From an uncultured Aquificaceae bacterium (GTDB lineage Bacteria; Aquificota; Aquificia; Aquificales; Aquificaceae): 48,599 bases of DNA. Under the pieces are notes generated by a model. That model worked only from the letters and a program-made list of their open reading frames with translations, did no database searches and was not told the DNA's origin. Positions 1 through 11,672 of the stretch are shown one piece after another. A program made the translations under genes and the position numbers. Position 1 is the stretch's first letter. Every line of letters starts with the position of its first letter. The stretch is from positions 1 through 48,599 of the forward strand of contig CAZDZN010000002.1 of NCBI GenBank assembly GCA_964509905.1. Direction: 5' to 3'.

Positions 1-1
1 A

Positions 2-463
2 CTTGGGATGACCACCACAGCTTCCATGATGTTTGGTCATATAGAAACTATTGATGACATCATACATCACTTATCCCTTATAAGAGATTTGCAAGATAAA
101 ACTCATGGATTTACCGCTTTTATACCTTGGACGTTTCAAAGAGGAAATACTGAGCTTGATTATGTGGAACCAGTTTCCAGCGTATATTATCTAAAAGTTT
201 TGGCTTTAAGTAGGATATTTTTGGATAATTTTAAAAATATCCAAGCTTCTCATGTGACCCAAACAATGCAAATAGGTACTGTAGCGCTTCATTTTGGAGC
301 AAACGACTTAGGAAGCCTTATGCTTGAAGAAAATGTTATATCTTCTACGGATTTTAAAGTAAAAATTCCTGCTATTACAGACATGATAAACAATATCAAA
401 AAAGCAGGTTTTATACCTGCCAAAAGAGATACATATTATAATATCTTAGAAATATACAATTAA
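2..463 (+). CDS. mqnC: Cyclic dehypoxanthine futalosine synthase (MqnC/CofH-family radical SAM), 5'-partial
   Basis: C-terminal motifs MMFGHIET, FTAFIPWTFQ, GANDLGSLMLEENV; frame is open to the left edge of the window. Confidence 0.85.
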   Translation, partial: LGMTTTASMMFGHIETIDDIIHHLSLIRDLQDKTHGFTAFIPWTFQRGNTELDYVEPVSSVYYLKVLALSRIFLDNFKNIQASHVTQTMQIGTVALHFGANDLGSLMLEENVISSTDFKVKIPAITDMINNIKKAGFIPAKRDTYYNILEIYN

Positions 464-472
464 GGATGATTT

Positions 473-713
473 ATGGCTACATTATTAGTAGAAATTTACG
501 AGATGTTAGAAGAAGAAATTGGCAAAGAAAAAGCCAAAAAATGTTAAAGATATTAGAAAATTCGCTTGGAATGAGAAGGCTTGAAGATATGATTAAATCA
601 AGTATCAAGAGAGTTGAAGATAAGCTGGACATAGTGTAAAAGTTGATTTTTTTGGTTTTGTAAGGTTTTTGGTACCTATTTTGCTTATACTGATAAAGTT
701 TTATTTTGCATAA
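473..713 (+). pseudogene. Degraded small coiled-coil protein with C-terminal hydrophobic anchor (DUF1640/CCDC90-like remnant)
   Basis: TAAGGA then ATG 473 gives MATLLVEIYEMLEEEIGKEKAKK; after the A-run another frame reads MLKILENSLG..IKRVEDKLDIV*KLIFLVL*; a third frame reads FLVPILLILIKFYFA* ending at 713. Confidence 0.5.
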
Positions 714-732
714 ACTAAAAAAGGAGGTAAGT

Positions 733-1191
733 ATGCAAGCACCTGAGTTTTGTCTACAAGGTATCGATGAAGAAGGGAATGAAAAAGAGTTTTGTTTTAG
801 GGATTTTAAAGGTAAAAAAATTGTACTTTATTTTTATCCGAAAGACGACACTCCAGGGTGTACGAGGGAGGCCTGCGGTTTTCAAGAAAACCTAAACCCT
901 ATAAAAGAGCTTGGAGTAGAAGTGATTGGGATAAGCCCAGATAATATCAATTCTCATAAAAAGTTTAAAGAAAAATACGGGCTTAAGTTTGCTCTATTAT
1001 CAGACCCAGATAAGAAGGTAGCGGCGCGTTATGGAGCATATGGTGAGAAAAAGATGTACGGTAGAACCACAAAAGGAATCATAAGATCTACTTTTATCAT
1101 AAACGAAAACGGTGAAATAGAAAAATCCTGGAAAAATGTGAAAGTAGATGGTCATATCCGGACAGTCTTAGATTATTTGAAGGGTAAATAA
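733..1191 (+). CDS. bcp: Peroxiredoxin BCP/PrxQ
   Basis: YFYPKDDTPGCTREAC motif; AAGGAGG at 721-727 supports ATG 733 over 706. Confidence 0.93.
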   Translation: MQAPEFCLQGIDEEGNEKEFCFRDFKGKKIVLYFYPKDDTPGCTREACGFQENLNPIKELGVEVIGISPDNINSHKKFKEKYGLKFALLSDPDKKVAARYGAYGEKKMYGRTTKGIIRSTFIINENGEIEKSWKNVKVDGHIRTVLDYLKGK

Positions 1192-1228
1192 TACAAAATA
1201 TATTTATAAAATCTGATAGAATATATAT

Positions 1229-2509
1229 ATGGTGAATATAGAAGATTTGTGTTTTAAAGATTTGAAAAGCTCAAAACTTTTGGAAAAAATTTTAAATAGA
1301 TCTCAGACTTTTGACCAGACTTATCTTGGTAAAGTGAGAGAAATCATCCAAAATGTCATTGCTTATAAAGATGAGGCTCTTTACAAATACGCCTTGGAAT
1401 TTGATAATGTAGATTTGAAAAAAGAGGGCATAGAAATTTCAAGAAAAGAACTAAAAAGAGCCTACGACGGTTTGGATGAGTCTGTAAAAAAAGCTATAAA
1501 TACAGCATATGAAAGAGTTTACAAATTTCACGAATATCAAAAAGAGAAGTCCTTCATAGTGGAAGAAGAAGGTATGATACTTGGCCAAAGGGTATTGCCA
1601 GTAGAGAGTGCCGGGCTATATGTACCAGGTGGAAAAGCAGCTTATCCATCTTCGGTGATCATGAACGCAGTACCCGCAAAAGTAGCTGGTGTGCCAAATA
1701 TATATATGGTATGTCCAAGGCCTACAAAAGAGGTATTAGCTTCTGCTTATGTATGTGGTATAGATAAGGTTTTTAGAGTGGGTGGGGCTCAAAGTATCGC
1801 TGCTTTGGCCTACGGGACTGAAACGATACCATCTGTAAAGAAGATAGTGGGACCCGGAAATATATATGTAGCTACTGCCAAAAGGTTGGTTTATGGGATA
1901 GTGGGGATAGATATGATAGCTGGACCTTCTGAGGTGCTTATAATAGCTGATAAAAGTGCGGATCCGAGTTTTATAGCGATGGATATGTTAGCCCAAGCAG
2001 AGCACGATGAACTTGCCAGCGCTATCCTTATCACAAACTCTGAAGATTTGGCTCATAAAGTCTCAAAAGAATTAGAGAGATTTTTAAATGAGTTAGAGAG
2101 AAAAGATATTGCCTCTTTATCTATTTCAAACTATGGTGCGATTTTTGTAGTAAAAGATTTAGAAAAAGCTTGTGAGCTTTCTAATATCATAGCCCCAGAA
2201 CACCTCGAAATAAACACTGAGAATCCTTTTGAGCTTTTAGGGTTTATAAAAAATGCTGGAGCGATATTCTTAGGAGAATATACGGTGGAAGCGCTTGGGG
2301 ATTATTGCCTTGGGCCAAACCACACGTTACCCACCGGAAGAAGCGCTATGTTTTCATCTGCTTTGGGGGTATATGATTTTGTAAAACGTTCTTCTATTCT
2401 CTATGTTTCTAAGAAGGGTTTTGATAAAATAAAGCATCACGCTTACAGCCTTGCTAAAACCGAAGGGCTTCATGCTCATGCTAACTCTATTCAGATAAGA
2501 GGTTTATGA
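1229..2509 (+). CDS. hisD: Histidinol dehydrogenase
   Basis: GLYVPGG, GPGNIYV, IDMIAGPSEV, AQAEHD, APEHLE, GPNHTLPT. Confidence 0.97.
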   Translation: MVNIEDLCFKDLKSSKLLEKILNRSQTFDQTYLGKVREIIQNVIAYKDEALYKYALEFDNVDLKKEGIEISRKELKRAYDGLDESVKKAINTAYERVYKFHEYQKEKSFIVEEEGMILGQRVLPVESAGLYVPGGKAAYPSSVIMNAVPAKVAGVPNIYMVCPRPTKEVLASAYVCGIDKVFRVGGAQSIAALAYGTETIPSVKKIVGPGNIYVATAKRLVYGIVGIDMIAGPSEVLIIADKSADPSFIAMDMLAQAEHDELASAILITNSEDLAHKVSKELERFLNELERKDIASLSISNYGAIFVVKDLEKACELSNIIAPEHLEINTENPFELLGFIKNAGAIFLGEYTVEALGDYCLGPNHTLPTGRSAMFSSALGVYDFVKRSSILYVSKKGFDKIKHHAYSLAKTEGLHAHANSIQIRGL

Positions 2510-3044
2510 AAAAGCTTTTGTTTTTTTCCGCTTTTGGGCTTTTAATATACTCTTGTGCCCCTGTTGTGAAATGCAAACCTTACGAGAATGCTGTAAATAT
2601 ACCAAATAATTTTAAAGCTGATGGTTATGTGTCTTATGGAATAATCGATTATCCTATTTCTTTGGTAAAAGATAAAGAAAATTATACATTTAAATCTTTT
2701 TTAGGAAATTTAGATTTTAAATCTGGTAATATTTGTGCTTATGGAAGTTGTATAAATATTCCTATGGATATTTCAAAGCTAATATATGGAGATGTGGTGG
2801 ATAAAACGGATACCAAATCTTGTGAAAGTGGATATACGGTGTATGAGGCTTCAAACAGCATTTACACTAAAAAAGTATATGTAAAAGATGGCAAGCTTTA
2901 TAAAATGGATATTTTAAATAAAAGTGGAGAAAAAGAGCTGAGTATTTATTTTAAAAATCGTTCAAAAGAAGGATATTATAAAAATCTGGAGATAAAAAAA
3001 GGAAATTTTGACATAGATGTAAAAATAGATAATTTGGAGAGCGT

Positions 3045-3048
<4 letters not shown>
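2506..3048 (+). CDS. Hypothetical lipoprotein
   Basis: Lipoprotein-type signal MKK-hydrophobic-LIYSC; ATGA overlaps with hisD and folD. Confidence 0.75.
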
Positions 3049-5958
<2,910 letters not shown>

Positions 5959-5988
5959 AATTGTTAGAAGACTAAAGGAGGAGAAAAC

Positions 5989-6651
5989 ATGGCGGACTTT
6001 GATATAGATATCCTTCTGATAAGGCTTATAAAGCAGAAATCAGATATAAAGATATTAGATCTTATAACTCTTTTAAAAGATGCAAATAATTTCCTTAGTG
6101 AAAATATTACGGAGCAATTTAAGCAAATAGATATATTCCAAAACATAATAAGCTTGGATGATGATATACCTCTAAAGGAGCTAAAGAAGATTTTGGCCAA
6201 TATACAAGAAAATCTTTTTGGTTCTTATCTTAGGGCATCCAGTGTTATGATGGTGAATTCTATAAAAGAGCAATTTGTAGATTCAGAAAATATATCCTCA
6301 GAAGAAGCAAAGGCTGTAGATGAGCTTTTTGGTAGTCTTTTAGAGATGCAAAAATTATACAATTTTTTGAGACACTTCATAAAAGCTTTAAAAGTGCCAG
6401 ATATCGCAGCCCAAATAAAACAAAGTGTAACTCAGGAAAAGATAAGACAAATTATGGAAGAGAAATCATCAAAAAGAATAAGTATTTTAGACGAAATAGA
6501 AGACACTCAGATAAAGATAATAGAATTAAAAAGAGAGCGTGATAAGTGGATAAATAAGATACTTGGTAAAAGCAAAAAATTAGATTTTACCATAAAAGAA
6601 TTAGAGCAAAAAACACAGCATCTTAGGAATCAATTAAAAGAACTTGTGTAA
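5989..6651 (+). CDS. Hypothetical protein with C-terminal coiled coil
   Basis: 220-aa ORF with strong SD AAGGAGG; heptad-like K/E/L-rich C-terminus. Confidence 0.75.
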   Translation: MADFDIDILLIRLIKQKSDIKILDLITLLKDANNFLSENITEQFKQIDIFQNIISLDDDIPLKELKKILANIQENLFGSYLRASSVMMVNSIKEQFVDSENISSEEAKAVDELFGSLLEMQKLYNFLRHFIKALKVPDIAAQIKQSVTQEKIRQIMEEKSSKRISILDEIEDTQIKIIELKRERDKWINKILGKSKKLDFTIKELEQKTQHLRNQLKELV

Positions 6652-6653
6652 TC

Positions 6654-7067
6654 TTAAGGTTTTACATACATATAACCTTGTTTTTCCAGCATATTCATAT
6701 CAATTAAAGCACCCTTTACAGGTTTGGCAAAACTGTCCATCATGTCTTTCGTAATATGGAATTTTTCCATCGTATTTTTACACACATGGAATTTTATCCT
6801 GCCTTTAGATCTTCTCACTACATCCTCGAAAAAGTTGCTCTCTTTGGAATTTTTCAGCATATACTTGATAGTAGGGCCCCATACTTCCACCACCACATGA
6901 GCGTTTTTGTTTTCTGAAGTATGATTCAGTATATTTTTCACCATTTTTAGATTTTTAGGATTATGGAAATCAAGTATTACCTTGAGATCTTGAGGATCTC
7001 CAAAACTGGCAGAGCCGAAGCTAAACACTATAGCCATAGTTAATACAAACAAACCTAACTTTTTCAT
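6654..7067 (-). CDS. Exported DsrE/DsrF-like family protein
   Basis: Signal peptide; VEVWGP, FHVCKNTM (conserved Cys) and EKQGYMYVKP match DsrE-like proteins. Confidence 0.75.
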   Translation of the reverse strand: MKKLGLFVLTMAIVFSFGSASFGDPQDLKVILDFHNPKNLKMVKNILNHTSENKNAHVVVEVWGPTIKYMLKNSKESNFFEDVVRRSKGRIKFHVCKNTMEKFHITKDMMDSFAKPVKGALIDMNMLEKQGYMYVKP

Positions 7068-7074
7068 ATAAAAA

Positions 7075-7103
7075 ACTATAAATTAGAAATATTATAAATA
7101 CAA
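7075..7103 (-). promoter_or_regulatory. sigma70-type promoter TTGTAT-N17-TATAGT for the DsrE-like gene
   Basis: Exact 17-bp spacing; -10 lies 7 nt before ATG 7067. Confidence 0.5.
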
Positions 7104-7117
7104 TGATATAAGTTATT

Positions 7118-7545
7118 TTAGAATTTTAGATCGTTTATGGATAATTCAAATTTTTTGTAATTTTTGGGTAATTTTATATGAAATTTTTCTAATCTTTCTT
7201 TTATAAAAACAAGTTGATATCTTCCGTCCGACCAATAAAGCCCTCCCACAGCGTTGGGATTTTCAATGAGAGTATTATAATCCATAGCAAAAAACGGCTT
7301 ATCAAAAGCTGGGATAGAGGAATCAGCTTTACAACATTGGCTTTATTGCAAAAAACTGTGGGTATTGAATATGCTAAGTACATAGCGATATCTCCCATGT
7401 TAAATCCATCTGGGCATATTCTGGGATGGTTTTTACGTGTTATAATCCTTGCTATAGTATCAATTAATTTTGCTTCTATGATGTACCTATTTTCTATTCC
7501 AAAAGCCATAAAACTAAATATTAGTATTATAAGAATGATACGCAT
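7118..7545 (-). pseudogene. Periplasmic YfiR/DUF4154-like protein, split by a 1-nt frameshift near 7329
   Basis: Signal peptide + IIEAKLIDTIARII..CNKANVV; the other frame continues ADSSIPAFDKPFFAMDYNTLIENPNAVGGLYWSDGRYQLVFIKERLEKFHIKLP..LKF* to 7118; 428 nt + 1 = 143 codons. Confidence 0.6.
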
Positions 7546-9485
7546 CAGAACAGCCTCTCAAGACTTATAGAAAATATGGTGGGGTAAGCGTTTAGACTAT
7601 AAATTCCATATACGTTGTTGGTGTAAGTGATGATTGGGATTTTGTATGGACTGTTTAGTATGTTTTGAGCTTTTAATGAAACAGAATATACGGGATTTAT
7701 ATCGTATGTAATGGCACTATCCCACATATAGGTAGAGGATTCATGGATTCCAAGATATCCATCAAAAGAGTTTCTATAAATAAGCTCATTGTAAAAGTTA
7801 AATTTCTTATATCTATCAAACAGTCTTATAGAAAATCCTTCGTTCGGAGAAGTGTATGGTTTATTCATTTTGTTTATGAAATAGTCAAATTCTACTCTAT
7901 TATTGTAATCTATGTTATATACATCAGATATCCAGAAAGTATTTATATAAAAAGGTGAAGAATCGTTGTAGTATCCGTAAGGATATCTAAGACTCGGTTC
8001 TATTGCATCTTTCATATCTATGTAGCCATACAGGAATCTCAATTTATTATTCTTATATGTGTAATCCGTTTCAAAGCTAAGACCTTTGTACTTTATGTTG
8101 TTAAGATAGGGATTGCCGTTTAACATTTCGTAGAAGGTTGGTGGTGTGTAAGTCTTATATAAAAAGCCTTTAAACGATAAATTTTTAAATGGCATAGATA
8201 TATACCCAAGTCTTGCTGAATAATCACTATTTTTCTCTTTTTCGTTGTAAGTGTATTTATCAAACTTTAAATCCCCCAGCAATAGGTTTTCGCTATTTAT
8301 ATTAAACATATCTTCTACATAAATTGTATAGTAATTCCTATGTACATCAGGATTTTTGATAACGCCATTTGTGATATTTCCAGTAATCTCGGATACGCCT
8401 TGATAGTTTGTATTGTTTAGTCCTATATAGTTAAACTGAAAACCAGAACCTATTATGAGCTTGTTTCTTTTAGTATTAAAAGTTTTTGAGATATCCCCAG
8501 AATATCTATAGTTATACATGTTAAGGTAATAATAAAATGGTGATATACCTATATTTAAAGCTTTTGGGATATAAAGAGGATAATCGTTGTCTGAAAGTTG
8601 GTAGAAATCTTGATGCACTGTTTGTATCGCAAGATGAATTTTTAGGCTTTTATCAAAATAATCTGTAAAAGATATATAAGCATTTTGATTATCGTTGATT
8701 CCGCCCACAGGATTGTAAAATTCATCCCCTACAAATACATTTTGTTTTGACCTTATAGCGCTTATGTCAAGATGCCAATTAGAAAAATGATTGCTACCTT
8801 TATGGTTTAAATTTAAAAAAGCGTATTGTTTGAAAGCGTTTCTTGAGTGGTTTATGTTATAAATATTAAACTTTGGGAAGGCCTCGTAGGTTTGGTCAAA
8901 CATAAGAGAATATGAGTAATTTCTATTTATGGGTTTTGCGCTGGAAAATGCCACATCATATCCTCCTCTGGAGTTTGCAGTAAGTCTAATAGAAGATATG
9001 TTTTCTCTGGAGGGCTTTTTGGTATAAAGTTTTATGATTACGAGTTTTGGGACATTACCAAGGAGTACAGAAGCAGGTCCAAAATAGATTTCTATGTGAT
9101 CTATGTCTTTTAATGGATAATCTCCGTAAATGCTAAAATCCGCTGCTGGAGCCATGTTCACCAGATGATCGTTTATGTAAAGGGCAAATTGATCGTGATA
9201 ATCGTAAGTAAAACCTGCAAAGGTGAGGGAGTAATTTCCACTTTCGTTAAGTCCATAGTTAAACATGGGTATTACTCTTAATACATCTTTTAGTGTGTAA
9301 GCTTGCATCTGTCTTAGATCCTGACGGGTAAATATTATCCAATGTCCTAAGCTCTCTTTTCGGGTTTTATGAGATAAATCCGATGCTTTATTATAAAGAG
9401 TGAGAAGCTCGTTTATATTTTGAGAAAAAGAATATGAAAATAACACTAAAAGTGTCAGAAGAATTTTATTTGCTTTCCTCATCAA
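7545..9485 (-). CDS. TonB-dependent receptor-like outer membrane protein
   Basis: Signal peptide; plug-like TRQDLRQMQAYTLKDVLR and IDHIEIYFGPASVLLG; aromatic beta-barrel; C-terminal Phe. Confidence 0.85.
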   Translation of the reverse strand: MMRKANKILLTLLVLFSYSFSQNINELLTLYNKASDLSHKTRKESLGHWIIFTRQDLRQMQAYTLKDVLRVIPMFNYGLNESGNYSLTFAGFTYDYHDQFALYINDHLVNMAPAADFSIYGDYPLKDIDHIEIYFGPASVLLGNVPKLVIIKLYTKKPSRENISSIRLTANSRGGYDVAFSSAKPINRNYSYSLMFDQTYEAFPKFNIYNINHSRNAFKQYAFLNLNHKGSNHFSNWHLDISAIRSKQNVFVGDEFYNPVGGINDNQNAYISFTDYFDKSLKIHLAIQTVHQDFYQLSDNDYPLYIPKALNIGISPFYYYLNMYNYRYSGDISKTFNTKRNKLIIGSGFQFNYIGLNNTNYQGVSEITGNITNGVIKNPDVHRNYYTIYVEDMFNINSENLLLGDLKFDKYTYNEKEKNSDYSARLGYISMPFKNLSFKGFLYKTYTPPTFYEMLNGNPYLNNIKYKGLSFETDYTYKNNKLRFLYGYIDMKDAIEPSLRYPYGYYNDSSPFYINTFWISDVYNIDYNNRVEFDYFINKMNKPYTSPNEGFSIRLFDRYKKFNFYNELIYRNSFDGYLGIHESSTYMWDSAITYDINPVYSVSLKAQNILNSPYKIPIITYTNNVYGIYSLNAYPTIFSISLERLF

Positions 9486-10572
9486 ACACCTCTATTCTAT
9501 TTCTTCCACTATTTTTGGCTTTGTAAAGGGCTATATCTGCTTTTTTTATGCAATCCTCAAGGTCTTTACCTTTTATACAAACGCCTATAGATACGGTTAT
9601 ACTTAAACTTGTGTTGTTTATGCTAAGTTCTAAAGCTTCCACCCTTATCCTTATTCTTTCAAGTGTTTTTACACATTTTTCTGGATGTATGCAATCGAGT
9701 ATTATCAAAAACTCTTCCCCACCATATCTTATCACTATATCATTTTCTCTTATTGAGTTTTTTATTGTATTTGCGACTTCTTTTAGGGTTATATCCCCTA
9801 TGTCATGTCCATATGTGTCGTTTATTTTTTTAAAAAAATCTATATCGAGTAAAGCTACCACGAGACCATCTTTAAAAATTTTTCTTAAATCTTTTAATAT
9901 TTTTCTATTGGGAATGCTTGTTAGCGTATCTATGTATGAAGAGCTTTTATAATATTGTGCTTTTAAGAATAAAAATCCCATAATAATTAAAAGTCCAATA
10001 GATAATGCACTTATAAAAATTATTGATAATCTGACATATTCAAGAGTATGAGATAAGTTTTTAAGCGTGCTGAGTCTATAATCTACTACAATAATTCCTT
10101 TATAAATTTTGCCATTATAATACAAATCAGTAGGATGATACAAGGAAAACCCCACATTAAATATGTTGTTATGAAATTCTATTTGGGCTGAATTTGTTTT
10201 GATGGCTTTTAGTATGATGTCTTTCTCATCATCTTGAGGCATAAAAAGTATAGGCGCGTGAGTTCGAATTCTGGGTAAGTCTTCTATACTATAAAATATT
10301 CCATTTTTATATAAAAGGACAAAAACTCTTTGCATATCTTTAGATAGTATGATAGGCAGGTAATTGTCAAGTTCTTTGTAAGATTTTCCTTTTACTTCTT
10401 TGGATATATTATCAAGTATGGCCTCAGTTTGATTATAAACCACCTGTATGATGGAGTTTGATAATTTGTATTGTAAGACATAAAGCTTGTAAGATGTAAA
10501 TATTGTAAATATGGTAATTAGTAAAAAATATAAATATTCTATCCCCAACTTTTTAATATTTTTGCCAAGCAT
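9466..10572 (-). CDS. Membrane-bound diguanylate cyclase with periplasmic sensor
   Basis: Two TM helices; DTLTSIPNR, DIDFFKKINDTYGHDIGD, RxxD I-site, RYGGEEF, KNSGRN. Confidence 0.93.
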   Translation of the reverse strand: MLGKNIKKLGIEYLYFLLITIFTIFTSYKLYVLQYKLSNSIIQVVYNQTEAILDNISKEVKGKSYKELDNYLPIILSKDMQRVFVLLYKNGIFYSIEDLPRIRTHAPILFMPQDDEKDIILKAIKTNSAQIEFHNNIFNVGFSLYHPTDLYYNGKIYKGIIVVDYRLSTLKNLSHTLEYVRLSIIFISALSIGLLIIMGFLFLKAQYYKSSSYIDTLTSIPNRKILKDLRKIFKDGLVVALLDIDFFKKINDTYGHDIGDITLKEVANTIKNSIRENDIVIRYGGEEFLIILDCIHPEKCVKTLERIRIRVEALELSINNTSLSITVSIGVCIKGKDLEDCIKKADIALYKAKNSGRNRIEVFDEESK

Positions 10573-10623
10573 AATTTTATTTTATCATTTTTTTTGAAAA
10601 CTTATCTATTTCATACATGTTTA

Positions 10624-11672
<1,049 letters not shown>

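Noticed and set aside
7214-7570. 118-aa plus-strand ORF and the many other short antisense or overlapping ORFs in the track (e.g. 4884-5078, 9548-9952, 24562-24999, 33116-33742)
   Set aside because: They shadow well-supported genes and have no recognisable motifs
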